Numbered from the stretch's first letter, positions 26,028-35,940 are shown. The stretch: DNA of 64,000 bases from an uncultured Thermoleophilia bacterium (GCA_964533575.1 CAZHMG010000006.1:51-64050); one strand, 5' to 3'. A program made the numbers and translations. The notes: generated by a model not told the origin, from the letters alone.

Positions 26028-27320
26028 GTGCCTCTTACGCCTGACGACATCCACGAACTTCTGCTGACGGGCGACGCCCTCCGGCTTGCTCGCGCGCTCC
26101 GCTTTGCCGCCAGTCGCGAGGAGGCTCGCGCCGCCCATTTCGCTCTCGTGGCGCTCGGTGAGCCCGCCGTGCCGGCGCTCATGGCCTATCTGAAGGACGA
26201 TCTCACCGAGCGAGGCCAGCGCGCATGGTGGACCTTGATTCGAATAGGCCAACCGGCAGGAGCCGATCTGGCTGACTGCGCGCGCTTTGCCTCGGCGCCG
26301 GCAGCGCGCGCCGCCGCCGTCTGGGTGCTAGCGCACCTCCGCGACCGGTCGGTCGACCGTCATCTGGTGCGGGCTCTCGACGACCCTGATCCGCAGGTCC
26401 AGCTGCCCGCGACGCTGATGCTCGGCTATCGCCGCTGCCCGGAGGCCGTTCCGGCCCTCCTGCGCGTCCTGACTCTGGGGCGCTACGACGATCCACGGGC
26501 GCCACATCCTGATCAGCTCGCCCTGCCTCTCCCGGACATGTTCCTGTTCGGCGAAGTCACATCCGACGACGCAGGTGAGTGCGAGAAGAGCCGGCCTCCC
26601 GAACCTTCGCCTCAACTGTACGTGCATCATGACGGTCAGCCTGCCGATGACCTCGAGATCTGTCTGTCGGCCATGGGTGATGACTTCGGAGACGCCGATT
26701 TCTCGGTGTGCGCGTCGTGCGACGAGTTCACGCCCTCCTGGGTGGTCAGGCCGTGGCATCATTGGAGCGCGACAGACGTGCGAGAGGCTGCCGCGCTCTC
26801 ACTTGCCCGTATCTGCGATCCGCGCGCTGTGGAAAGCCTTGCCGCCTGCGCCTTGGACGAGGACGAGCCTGTGTCCCTGCGTCGAATGGCGATCATGGCC
26901 CTCGGCTGCGTCGGCGACGAGCGTGGCTTCGATGCGGTCTACGCGGCGCTCCGTGACGACGACCTAAGGGACGAGGCGTTCAAGTCCCTCGGAGTCTTCG
27001 CCGATCGTCGCGCGCTGCAGCCGCTCCTGCGAGGAGCCTTCTCTGCGGACTACACGCGGTATGGGGCCATCAACGGCCTGTGTCTCTACAAAGACCCCGC
27101 GGTTCTGCCTCACCTGCATCGCCTGGTAGAGGATGACGACACGCTGGTTGTGCGTTATGCGGTCGAGGGACTGGCCCGGCTGGGTTCCCAAGCTGCCTTG
27201 GAGAGGCTGGCCGAGCAGCTCACGCACGGTGATCCCGAGGTTCGTCTCGAGGCGGCCGAGTGGCTGCGCCAGGCACAGGACTGGCGGGAAGCCTCGCGGT
27301 GGGACGGGAGCAAACGCTAG
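26028..27320 (+). CDS. HEAT/PBS-lyase repeat protein
   Basis: Repeated units of type L..AL.D.D..V...A...LG, AVPALL, AVESL. GGAGG RBS. Confidence 0.8.
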   Translation: MPLTPDDIHELLLTGDALRLARALRFAASREEARAAHFALVALGEPAVPALMAYLKDDLTERGQRAWWTLIRIGQPAGADLADCARFASAPAARAAAVWVLAHLRDRSVDRHLVRALDDPDPQVQLPATLMLGYRRCPEAVPALLRVLTLGRYDDPRAPHPDQLALPLPDMFLFGEVTSDDAGECEKSRPPEPSPQLYVHHDGQPADDLEICLSAMGDDFGDADFSVCASCDEFTPSWVVRPWHHWSATDVREAAALSLARICDPRAVESLAACALDEDEPVSLRRMAIMALGCVGDERGFDAVYAALRDDDLRDEAFKSLGVFADRRALQPLLRGAFSADYTRYGAINGLCLYKDPAVLPHLHRLVEDDDTLVVRYAVEGLARLGSQAALERLAEQLTHGDPEVRLEAAEWLRQAQDWREASRWDGSKR

Positions 27321-27358
27321 TCTAGGCGACGCCCCGTTCTGCAGGAATGGCCGGAGGC

Positions 27359-27796
27359 CTAGTACTTCCCGAGCAGCTTCCAGATGATGCGGTGCGGCGA
27401 GTGCATGCTGAAGCCCTTGACGTTGTACATCACCGCGCAGTGGCCGGTGATCACGTGCATGCCTCTCCGCTCAGCCTCGGCGAGGGCCTCGGGAGTATCT
27501 GTCATCTGGTGGATCCAGATCTCCGTTATCCCGGCGTCGGCTGCTTTGGCGACCCACGCGGCGGTCTCCTCTTTCGGCAGTTCCAGCACCACGGCGTCAA
27601 TGGGGCCGGGCAAGTCGGCGAAGTCCTGAAACGCCGTGTCCCCTTCCACATCCTCGCTTTCGGGATCGACCGCGTACGCTGTCTTGCCGCGCTCCTTGAG
27701 CGCCCTGTAGGTGATCGTCGGGAACGGCCGCTGCGCTTGATGGCCCACTACGGCATACCTCTCGCGTTCCCAGAACCTTTCGCACTCCGATGCCAT
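27359..27796 (-). CDS. CoA-binding domain protein (YccU-like)
   Basis: YAVVG, YRAL..RG..AYAVDP, DLPGPIDAVV, IWIHQ, GHCAVM. GAGGAGG RBS before ATG 27796. Confidence 0.8.
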   Translation of the reverse strand: MASECERFWERERYAVVGHQAQRPFPTITYRALKERGKTAYAVDPESEDVEGDTAFQDFADLPGPIDAVVLELPKEETAAWVAKAADAGITEIWIHQMTDTPEALAEAERRGMHVITGHCAVMYNVKGFSMHSPHRIIWKLLGKY

Positions 27797-27807
27797 TGAA
27801 GCCCTCC

Positions 27808-28611
27808 TCACTCCATTGCGCTGGACGCGCCAATCTTCCGCAACGCTTTGCGGACGGCGCTGACATTCATTCCGTTCCTGATCTTCGAGGAGTACATGAT
27901 GCGGATGGCGGCGCCGTCGTCCCGGCTCCATGAGTTGATGGAGGCCGCGTAGTAGAGGACTGAGCGTGTTCGATCCTCGGGTTGCGTGAAGTGGCCCTTG
28001 AAGCCGAGCGCGTGCGTCAGCTCGTGGATGACAACCGGCTGCCGCTGCGCCGGAGACTTCAATATGCCCGCATTGATCTTGATCGCTGCGCTAACGAGGC
28101 CTGGGGCGCCGGTGTAGAAGCGCGTCTCGCAGTTCCCAACGGAGTTGCTGCCCACGGTCAGAGTGTAGGCCTCGTGGGACAGATACTCGATCGTGACTTC
28201 AGCGGGCCCGTCGACGACGGCGAATCGCGTGGCCGACTGCATGCGATTGAGCCGCGAGACGATTCTGCGAACGTACGCTTCCATCCCCGGACCGCCGTTG
28301 TTGACGACGTCGATTCGCACGCGTCGCTTGGTCCACTTGGTCACTTGACCTGGGTACGAGTCCGGTCCGTCTCCCTCGCTGAAGGCGAGTCTCGTGAAGT
28401 ACCGCTGGAACCAGGGCCGGGCAGCCACCTTACGTGTATACGCCGGCAAGGATTCGGTTGAGGCGCTCGCAGCTGCGCGGCGATCCTGCAGACGAAGGAA
28501 CGCTTCGAGTTGCGGTACGAGCCACTGTTGCGGCGCCACGTACACGGACACGAGTGCCGCGGCAACGGCGAGCAAAAGCAAGAGGGAGATGAGTCTTCGC
28601 ACAGTTCGCAT
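27808..28611 (-). CDS. Membrane-anchored putative zinc metallopeptidase (DUF2927/matrixin-like)
   Basis: N-terminal TM segment, VTKWTK, HELTHALGFKGH, SVLYY, D.AAIRIMY. Confidence 0.6.
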   Translation of the reverse strand: MRTVRRLISLLLLLAVAAALVSVYVAPQQWLVPQLEAFLRLQDRRAAASASTESLPAYTRKVAARPWFQRYFTRLAFSEGDGPDSYPGQVTKWTKRRVRIDVVNNGGPGMEAYVRRIVSRLNRMQSATRFAVVDGPAEVTIEYLSHEAYTLTVGSNSVGNCETRFYTGAPGLVSAAIKINAGILKSPAQRQPVVIHELTHALGFKGHFTQPEDRTRSVLYYAASINSWSRDDGAAIRIMYSSKIRNGMNVSAVRKALRKIGASSAME

Positions 28612-28637
28612 CGCTGGGCTCCTCCGCAGGCCCGGGA

Positions 28638-30692
28638 TCAGACCATGTTCTCGACCACTGGCGGCTCGAGGCTGTCGGCGGGCGTGAAGCCGAAGATGCG
28701 GCCGTAGAAGGACAGCACCGCTTCGTGCGCACGGACGATGTTCTCCGCCTTGCGGAACCCGTGCTGCTCACCGGGAAATGCGAGGTATGCGAACGGGAGG
28801 CCATCGGCCCGCAGGGCGGCGACGATGATCTCCGCCTGCTCTGGCGGCACGATGGCATCCTCGAGACCCTGGAGAAGAATGACTGGGCAGGCGATGTCGC
28901 GTACGTGATGGATGGGTGAGCGCTCTCGAAGCGCGTCAACTCCCTCGGGATAGGGGCCAACGAGCCCATCGAGGTAGCGCGACTCGAACTTGTGGGTTCC
29001 TCCAGTTGCGAACACCTCCAGATCCGCGAGACCATAGTACGACGCGCCGGCGCTGAAGAAGCGGTGTCGCGTCAGCGCGTTGAGCGTCGTGTATCCGCCG
29101 GCGCTGCCGCCTTGAATGGCGATGCGGGCCGGATCGGCTTGGCCGCGATTGACGAGATAGCGCGCGGCGTTGATGCAGTCCACCGTGTCGACGATGCCCC
29201 AGTTGCCGCGCAGCCGTTCCCTGTACGCGCGGCCATAGCCGGTGGATCCGCCGTAGTTGACGTCCACGACCGCGACGCCGCGTGTCGTCCAGAATTGGAC
29301 GTCGAGGCTGAGAATCGACTCTCTGGCGGACGTCGGGCCGCCGTGACACATGACGACGAGCGGCGGCCACTGGTCTTCCGGCCCCTGAAAACCCGGATTG
29401 GCCGGCGGATAGTACAGGGCGTGGGCCCGCAGACCGGAGGTATGCTTCTCGAGTTCCTGCAGAATCGGGCCGGACACCGTTCCGGGCTCGTAGGACGTCG
29501 GGAACAGGATCGGTTCGGGCCGGGACAGGTACGTGCGATCAAACGTCAGATCCGTGCCCCGACGGATTCGCTCGAGCTCTCCGGTTTGGACGTCCACCAG
29601 CGCCACCGTCGAACCCTCGCCGGGACTTCCCCCGATCAGCGCGACCGTGTCGCCGCATGTCGCAATATGAGAGAACGTACTGTAGTCGCATGGGATCACG
29701 CGGAGGCCGGGGATGTCCGGCTCGATGATGGCGAGATGGTCCAAACCATTCTCGCTGTAGAAGCAGACGATGCTGCCATCGGGGCGGAATGCATAGCTCT
29801 GCAGACCGAAGACCCAGCCTGGCTTGGCGAATTCGGCGGCCAGCGGGGCAAGCGGTGTCGCCTCGACGGCGCTCGCATCCTCTGGTGCATCAAGCGCGCC
29901 GCTGCGATACAGGTTCCACCAGCCGGTCCGGTCACTGACGTAGTGCAGTCTGCCGTCTCCGTCCCATGCCGGCTGCGCAATGCTCTCGCTCGGGCCGCCC
30001 GCGACCCGGCGGGCGCGACCCAGCCCCGTGGCCGACAGTTCGCCGACCCACAACTCCGTCCCGTCCCAGGGCATCTGCGGATGGTCCCAGCACAGCCAAG
30101 CCAGCAGTCGCCCGTCCGGGCTGACGCGCGGAGCCGCGTAGAAGTCCCGACCTCCGGTGAGTACGAGCTGATCGGTACCTCGAGGGCTGGTCAGGACCGC
30201 GACGAGCTCATTCGTGACGGAGCCGTCCTCGTGGCTTTCGCGAACGGCGACGAGCAGGCGTCCATCGGGCGTAACCCGCCCGTCGGAAAAGCGCAGTGCG
30301 CGAGCCCTCGCCGGCGGACGGGTGATCGGCTGTGGATCCGCGATCTGATCATTCCCGATGTCCTGCCGGTAAAGACGTTGATCGTCGAATTCGCTGTAGA
30401 TGACGGTCGTGCACCGCGACGTGGCGTGGAGCGCATAGGAGCCGCCCCCATATTCATGCACGAGGGTGCGGGCGCTATGCCCTGGCGGCGTCACATCCTG
30501 GGTCACTCCGTCCGCCGTTCGCTGCACAAGGACGTATCGGCCGTCCTCCATCGGCCGAAGCTCCAGCCAGAAGACGCCGCCGCCTGCGGCCTGCAGGCCG
30601 CCGAGGGCGACGCCGGCTTCGGCCACGAGGTTGGCCGTGATGGGCGAAACCCATGATCCGTATGGCGCAATGATGGGTTGGGCAGACGTCAT
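28638..30692 (-). CDS. S9 prolyl oligopeptidase family peptidase
   Basis: APYGSW.SPI, HGGPT, NYGGSTGYGR, GGSAGG nucleophile, LQGLED, GEQHGFR. Start at ATG 30692 with GGAG RBS. Confidence 0.92.
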   Translation of the reverse strand: MTSAQPIIAPYGSWVSPITANLVAEAGVALGGLQAAGGGVFWLELRPMEDGRYVLVQRTADGVTQDVTPPGHSARTLVHEYGGGSYALHATSRCTTVIYSEFDDQRLYRQDIGNDQIADPQPITRPPARARALRFSDGRVTPDGRLLVAVRESHEDGSVTNELVAVLTSPRGTDQLVLTGGRDFYAAPRVSPDGRLLAWLCWDHPQMPWDGTELWVGELSATGLGRARRVAGGPSESIAQPAWDGDGRLHYVSDRTGWWNLYRSGALDAPEDASAVEATPLAPLAAEFAKPGWVFGLQSYAFRPDGSIVCFYSENGLDHLAIIEPDIPGLRVIPCDYSTFSHIATCGDTVALIGGSPGEGSTVALVDVQTGELERIRRGTDLTFDRTYLSRPEPILFPTSYEPGTVSGPILQELEKHTSGLRAHALYYPPANPGFQGPEDQWPPLVVMCHGGPTSARESILSLDVQFWTTRGVAVVDVNYGGSTGYGRAYRERLRGNWGIVDTVDCINAARYLVNRGQADPARIAIQGGSAGGYTTLNALTRHRFFSAGASYYGLADLEVFATGGTHKFESRYLDGLVGPYPEGVDALRERSPIHHVRDIACPVILLQGLEDAIVPPEQAEIIVAALRADGLPFAYLAFPGEQHGFRKAENIVRAHEAVLSFYGRIFGFTPADSLEPPVVENMV

Positions 30693-30721
30693 GGCGCTCC
30701 TATCGTATCCCTGAACGTGGA

Positions 30722-30755
30722 AGAGGCGCGATGAAGTACTTGTCATCGCGCCTCT
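30722..30755. terminator. 13-bp perfect hairpin between rlmKL and the S9 peptidase (possible terminator)
   Basis: AGAGGCGCGATGA-8 nt-TCATCGCGCCTCT. The U tract on the minus strand is weak. Confidence 0.4.
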
Positions 30756-30879
30756 CGCGCTGAGGGGGTACAGCGCGGCCCGCCCTCGCAGAGGATGTGC
30801 TCACACGCATCAGGGTACCCATCCACCTTGGAAGGCAAGCCGTTAGGACAGGAAAGATTGCCTGTCTCACGACCTTCGA

Positions 30880-33213
30880 TCAGGCCCGCACTGAGGCCTC
30901 GCTCTCGATGCGGAAGACGTGATGACGTGCCGCTGACCGCTCGCAGTCGAAGGGCAGCGTCATTCTGGACAGATCTTCCATCCGTACGTCGCTCAGGTCC
31001 TGGGTCGCGAGATGGAAGCCGCGGCGGTTGGTCGAGAACAGGAGGATGCCGTCCGGTGCCAGGAGGCGGCGGATGATCAGGCGGATGAGGTCGGCGTGGT
31101 CGCGCTGAACGTCGAAGGTCGCGCGACCCATCCGCTTCGAGTTGGAAAATGTGGGCGGATCGAGCCAAATGAGATCCCACTCGCCCTCAGCCTCCGCCAC
31201 CCAGCGAAGGCAGTCGGCTTGCACCAGACTGTGGGTTGCGGCGCTCTGGGCGTCGTCAGCACGATCCACCGTTCCCTTGAAGCCGTTGATTGCCAGATTT
31301 CGTTCGGCCCACTCGAGGTAGGTCGAGGAGAGGTCGACGCTCATTGAGGAGGATGCTCCGCCGGCGAGGGCGTTGACCGTCATTGTCCCAGTGTAGGCGA
31401 ACAGGTTCAGAAAGCGCCGGCCGCCGGCCAGGCTTCTCACCAGGCGGCGAGTCAGTCTCTGGTCTATGAACAGGCCCGTGTCGAGGTAGTCCGTGAGATT
31501 CACCAAGTAGGTCAGGCCGTCCTCCGACACGGGATGAAGCCGGCCGCGTCCGCCTTGGCGCTCGTACTGCTTCGCTCCACGCTGCCGGCGGCGCTGTTTG
31601 AGGACGATCCGATCGGCCGTGATTGCGAGCACATCCGTGATCACGGCAAGGGCCTCGTCCAGACGCCGCTGGACCTTGGATGGATCGATTTCCGGAGGAG
31701 CGGCATACTCCTGCACGTGGACCATGTCACCGTACACGTCGACGACAAGGTTGTAGTCGGGCAGGTCGGCGTCGTAGAGGCGGTAGCACGAGATGTCTTG
31801 GCGGCGCAGTTCCCGCGCCAGTCTCTTATGGTTCTTGCGCAGCCGGTTCGCGAGCTGCTCGGCCCCGCCGCCCGGCAGCACGCCGAGCGGCCGAGCAGGG
31901 GCCGGTGTCGCCTCCGCGGGGGTGAGTGACCGCACGTCCTCCTCCCCGCGCACGTGTGATTCGGCCCCAGCTCTGGTTGATGAGCGCGCAGCAGCCCGAG
32001 CTGAGCGCGGCGCGGACGTCAACTCACGGCCCTCGGACGAAAAGTAGGCGAGAGTGCAGCGAATCGGGCCGTTGTACATCGTCGTCTTGCGGCCGACGGC
32101 CAGTCCCAGAGCCTCCAGCTGTTCCTGTCCGACGGCCAGAACGCCGGCACGCCACCCCCGGAAGTCGCAGCGCAACTGCCGGCCGAGAAGCCGGCATACT
32201 GCTATCGCTTCCTCTCGCTCGCCGAGCCGCTCGCCGTAGGGGGCATTCGTGACGAGCAGGCCGCCGTCGGCTGCCGGACGGAGCTGAGCGAGCTCGGCTC
32301 GTTCCAGAGCGACGATGTCGTGCAATCCGGCGCGCTCGACGCACGCTTGTGCGACGCGTAGCGCGTGCGGATCCCGGTCGCTGCCGCAGATGAACCCACG
32401 GTTGCGCCGCTCCCTCAATCGCGCCAGGCCCGCCTGCCGCCTCCCGACGGCGTCGTCGACCAACGCGCGCCAAACGGCGTCTTGATGACCGTTCCAGCGG
32501 AGGAAGCCGAAGCCCTGGCCGCCTTCGGCCCGCGCCAGGCCAGGGGCGATGTCGCCGGCGATGAGAGCCGCTTCGATCGGCAGTGTGCCGGAGCCGCAGA
32601 GCGGGTCGAGGAACATGGCGCCGCCGGCGGCCTCCCGAGGCCATTCGGCATAAAGGAGCATTGCCGCCGCCAGATTCTCCTTGAGCGGCGCCTCGACTTG
32701 GACCTTGTCCAGCCGGTAGCCACGGCGGTGCAGGCTGTCGCCGCTGAGGTCGATGGCCAGCGAAACTCGATCGCGGGACAGATGCGCGTTCACGCGAAGG
32801 TCCGGCGCACGTGTGTCAACGGAGGGTCGGGAGCCGTAGTGCGTCTCGCGGAACTGATCGACGATCGCGTCTTTGACGCGGACGGCCCCGAACCTCGAGT
32901 CGCGAATGCTGTCGCTGGTGCCGGTGAAGCTCACGGCGAGCGTGGCGGCGACCCTCATGTGCTCACTCCACGGGACCGATCGCACCGTGGCGTACAGCTG
33001 CTCAGCATCTCTCGCGCGGCCAGTCGCCACCTGCAGCAGGATACGACTGGCCAGCCGAGACCAGAGACACGCGCGATATGCTGTCTCCAGAGATCCCACG
33101 AACGCGACGCCGGCCGGCTTCTGCCGCAGGTCGCGGGCGCCGAGCGCACGCAGCTCGCCGGCGAGCAGCGATTCCATGCCTTTCGGGACGGTGGCGAAGA
33201 GAGGAAAGTCCAT
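30880..33213 (-). CDS. rlmKL: Bifunctional 23S rRNA m2G2445/m7G2069 methyltransferase RlmKL
   Basis: RACLWSRLASRIL, THUMP region, SLHRRGYR, APLKENLAA, DPLCGSGT, NAPYGER. Second domain: RLYDAD, DYLDTGLFIDQR, FLNLFAYTG, LDPPTFSNSK. Confidence 0.93.
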   Translation of the reverse strand: MDFPLFATVPKGMESLLAGELRALGARDLRQKPAGVAFVGSLETAYRACLWSRLASRILLQVATGRARDAEQLYATVRSVPWSEHMRVAATLAVSFTGTSDSIRDSRFGAVRVKDAIVDQFRETHYGSRPSVDTRAPDLRVNAHLSRDRVSLAIDLSGDSLHRRGYRLDKVQVEAPLKENLAAAMLLYAEWPREAAGGAMFLDPLCGSGTLPIEAALIAGDIAPGLARAEGGQGFGFLRWNGHQDAVWRALVDDAVGRRQAGLARLRERRNRGFICGSDRDPHALRVAQACVERAGLHDIVALERAELAQLRPAADGGLLVTNAPYGERLGEREEAIAVCRLLGRQLRCDFRGWRAGVLAVGQEQLEALGLAVGRKTTMYNGPIRCTLAYFSSEGRELTSAPRSARAAARSSTRAGAESHVRGEEDVRSLTPAEATPAPARPLGVLPGGGAEQLANRLRKNHKRLARELRRQDISCYRLYDADLPDYNLVVDVYGDMVHVQEYAAPPEIDPSKVQRRLDEALAVITDVLAITADRIVLKQRRRQRGAKQYERQGGRGRLHPVSEDGLTYLVNLTDYLDTGLFIDQRLTRRLVRSLAGGRRFLNLFAYTGTMTVNALAGGASSSMSVDLSSTYLEWAERNLAINGFKGTVDRADDAQSAATHSLVQADCLRWVAEAEGEWDLIWLDPPTFSNSKRMGRATFDVQRDHADLIRLIIRRLLAPDGILLFSTNRRGFHLATQDLSDVRMEDLSRMTLPFDCERSAARHHVFRIESEASVRA

Positions 33214-33269
33214 CCCGATAGGCTACCACGGCACACGAGCCCGACTCCGCTGGGCTCCTGCGCTTCGAG

Positions 33270-33550
33270 TCGCCCATCCTTGGTGCATCGTATGCAACAG
33301 CTCGACACTATCCGCGTTCGGTGAGCCGGCTTGGGCCGTGTCATTCTGTGGGACGTCGATCCTCAGGACGGGCAGGACCCGGCAGCTGCCCTGACAGCGG
33401 CACGCGCCTGCTCGGGGTGCAGCCAGGGTCGATCGTGGTCATGCACCTTCGTCCTCACACGGCTGAGGACCTGTCGATCATCCTCCGGGGGCTGCGAAAG
33501 CGGGGGTACGAAGCGGTGTCGCTGCCGGAGTTCTCTTCGCGCGGCCGGCT
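33270..33550 (+). pseudogene. Degenerate C-terminal relic of a NodB polysaccharide deacetylase
   Basis: AGLGRVILWDVDPQD in one frame, then LGVQPGSIVVMHLRPHTAEDLSIILRGLRKRGYEAVSLPE in another. There is an upstream in-frame TGA and no N-terminal half. Confidence 0.6.
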
Positions 33551-33551
33551 G

Positions 33552-35444
33552 TCACTTAGACGTGGACGGACTGTCCATCCGTGTCACGGCGAGAAACACG
33601 TCTCCGTAGCGCTCGAGTTTGGTCTGGCCGACACCGTTGATGCCGAGCAGCGCCTCAGGTGTGCGGGGTTTGAGCGCCGCCATCTCGGCCAGTGTGGCGT
33701 CGCTGAACACGACGTAGGCTGGGACGCCGGCGCTTTCCGCGAGCCGCTTGCGGAGATCGCGCAGTTCGGCGAAGAGTGCCTGCTCCTCTGCGGAAAGGAC
33801 AGGCGGGCCGGCTTGGGTTCGCGCGTGACGTCCCCGTTTCGCGGGGACGCGTGTGCGCGGCCTGGCCAGTTCGAGAGTAGCTTCTCCCCGCAGCAGGGGG
33901 CGTGCCTTCGTGGAGAGACCAAGCACCGAGTACCGTGCGAGGTCCTGGGAGAGGTAGCCTATGTGGACGAGTTGCCGGAGAAGGCCCATCCAATGGTCGC
34001 GTGTCAGGTGGCTGCCGATCCCGAACGTCGAGAGCCGCTCGTGCCCGCGGGCGACCACCTTGTCGGTCAGCACGCCCGACAGAACGTCGGCGACGTGGCC
34101 CGCGCCGAAGCTCTGCCCGACCCGATAGACGCACGAAAGCGCCATACGCGCCTCCTCCGTCGCGTCGTATGTCTCTGGAGGATCGAGACAGATGTCGCAG
34201 TTGCCGCACGCTTGGTCGAGTCCCTCTCCGAAGTAGCCGAGAAGTGCCTGCCTGCGGCAGGAAAGCGCGTCGGCGTACGCGATCATGCTCTCGAGCTTGT
34301 GAAGCTCCACCCGCACCTGTTCATGGTCGCGACCGGCAGAACCGTCGTTCCCGCTGCGCTCGATGAGCGATCGCACGACGGGTGCGTCGCCCAGGCCGAA
34401 CAGGAGCAGGGCCTCCGCGGGCAGCCCGTCACGTCCCGCACGGCCCGTCTCCTGGTAGTAGCTCTCGACGCTCTTCGGGAGGTCGTAATGGACCACGAAG
34501 CGCACATTGCTCTTGTCGATTCCCATGCCGAATGCGACGGTTGCGACGATCACGAGGATGTCGTCACGGGCAAACGCGTCCTGTACCCTCCGGCGATCCT
34601 CGGCGGGAAGCCCGGCATGATAGGCGGCGGCCGGTATGCCGGCGGCGCTGAGCTTGCCGGCAACGTCCTCGGTACGCTTGCGGCTCAGGCAGTAGATGAT
34701 GCCGGCCTCCGATCCATGGCCCTGAAGGAACCTCTTGAGCTGCTGCAGCGGCTCGCGCTTCTCGACCACGGTGTAGCGGATGTTCGGCCGGTCGAATCCG
34801 GTGATGAAGCAAGGAGCCTGAAGGAGCCCCAGACGCATTCGGACGTCCTCGCGTGTCTGAGGATCGGCAGTCGCCGTGCACGCGATGACCGGTGTGTCCG
34901 GGAACAGCCTGCCCAACTCCCCGAGACGGACGTATTCCGGCCGGAAGTCATGGCCCCACTGGCTCACGCAGTGCGCTTCGTCGATCGCGATGAGCGACAA
35001 GCCGGCGCCGTTCGCGACCAGATGATGGAGACGGTCGAGAAAGGCTTCGGTCATGAGGGTCTCGGGGGCGACATAGAGCAGATCGAGCGCGCCGTCGGCA
35101 AGGCGCGAGAGAACCATGCGAGCCTGGTCCGGTGGGAGCGACGAGTTGAAGGCCGCGGCGCTGACCCCGGCGGCCGTCAGCGCGTCGACTTGGTCTTTCA
35201 TGAGGGAGATGAGCGGTGAGACGACCATTCCCGTGCCGGGACGGACGAGGGACGGAAGCTGATAGCACAATGACTTCCCGCCGCCCGTCGGCATGAGCAC
35301 GAAGGCATCGCCACCGTCCAGGAGATGCCCGACGATGCGTTCTTGTGCCGGCCGGTAGTCGCTGAACCCGAACACGTCGCGCAGCGCGGTTCGCGCCCGC
35401 GCGCGGAGATCGGCATCGTGCTGATGGCGAGCGGAGGTAGTCAC
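33552..35444 (-). CDS. recQ: DNA helicase RecQ with RQC and HRDC domains
   Basis: MPTGGGKSLCYQ, IDEAHCVSQWGHDFRPEY, ATVAFGMGIDK, QETGRAGRDG, CGNCDIC, C-terminal HRDC. Confidence 0.96.
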   Translation of the reverse strand: MTTSARHQHDADLRARARTALRDVFGFSDYRPAQERIVGHLLDGGDAFVLMPTGGGKSLCYQLPSLVRPGTGMVVSPLISLMKDQVDALTAAGVSAAAFNSSLPPDQARMVLSRLADGALDLLYVAPETLMTEAFLDRLHHLVANGAGLSLIAIDEAHCVSQWGHDFRPEYVRLGELGRLFPDTPVIACTATADPQTREDVRMRLGLLQAPCFITGFDRPNIRYTVVEKREPLQQLKRFLQGHGSEAGIIYCLSRKRTEDVAGKLSAAGIPAAAYHAGLPAEDRRRVQDAFARDDILVIVATVAFGMGIDKSNVRFVVHYDLPKSVESYYQETGRAGRDGLPAEALLLFGLGDAPVVRSLIERSGNDGSAGRDHEQVRVELHKLESMIAYADALSCRRQALLGYFGEGLDQACGNCDICLDPPETYDATEEARMALSCVYRVGQSFGAGHVADVLSGVLTDKVVARGHERLSTFGIGSHLTRDHWMGLLRQLVHIGYLSQDLARYSVLGLSTKARPLLRGEATLELARPRTRVPAKRGRHARTQAGPPVLSAEEQALFAELRDLRKRLAESAGVPAYVVFSDATLAEMAALKPRTPEALLGINGVGQTKLERYGDVFLAVTRMDSPSTSK

Positions 35445-35498
35445 GATCCGAGTCTAACAAGGTTGAAGGACGGCGAGACGATGTGCGACAAGGGTCAG

Positions 35499-35534
35499 GA
35501 AAGCGGGGGGCGAACAGAATGCTCGCCCCCCGCT
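35499..35534 (-). terminator. Intrinsic terminator after the Fe-S protein gene
   Basis: AGCGGGGGGCGA..TCGCCCCCCGCT stem followed by TT on the minus strand. Confidence 0.7.
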
Positions 35535-35556
35535 CACGTCAGACCGTGTGTGGATG

Positions 35557-35940
35557 CTACCCGTGAATCAACGTGGGCAGGCAGCGTGCGCACGCCCAGA
35601 GGCTCTCGCCCTTGAGCCGGCACGGGAAGAGCACACCCTGATCCTCGTCCCTGCCGCAGTGGAAGCACGTCTGCTTCATGCGGACGCTCGCAGCGAGCGT
35701 GGCGGCCACCTTCTCCGCGGCGGCTTCCTCGTCGAACGCAGGAGCCTCGCGTTTCTCAATTGTCAGAGCGCCCTCCGGACACACGGCCAGACAGAAGCCG
35801 GCGCCGTCGCACAGGTCCTCCTTCATCACCTTCGCCTTGCCGTCGACGATCTCGATGGCGCCCTCGGCGCATGGGGTGACGCACAAGCCGCACCCCGTGC
35901 AGAGCTCTTCGTCGATACGAACGATGCTGCGAACTGGCAT
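35557..35940 (-). CDS. 4Fe-4S binding protein with a C-terminal CxxC...CxxC module
   Basis: IDEELCTGCGLCVTPCAEGAI, CDGAGFCLAVCPEGAL, TCFHCG..ACARC. True start is ATG 35940; the ORF-track extension to 36423 overlaps mttB. Confidence 0.8.
   Translation of the reverse strand: MPVRSIVRIDEELCTGCGLCVTPCAEGAIEIVDGKAKVMKEDLCDGAGFCLAVCPEGALTIEKREAPAFDEEAAAEKVAATLAASVRMKQTCFHCGRDEDQGVLFPCRLKGESLWACARCLPTLIHG

Noticed and set aside
28992-30656. 554-aa plus-strand ORF and similar long antisense ORFs (15843-16766, 16529-17794, 36548-37801, 52091-53191, 44877-45968)
   Set aside because: They lie opposite well-supported genes and show no motifs. Stop-poor antisense frames are expected at this GC content.
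33321-35219. 632-aa plus-strand ORF
   Set aside because: It is the antisense shadow of recQ. Only its first ~75 codons carry part of the deacetylase relic.
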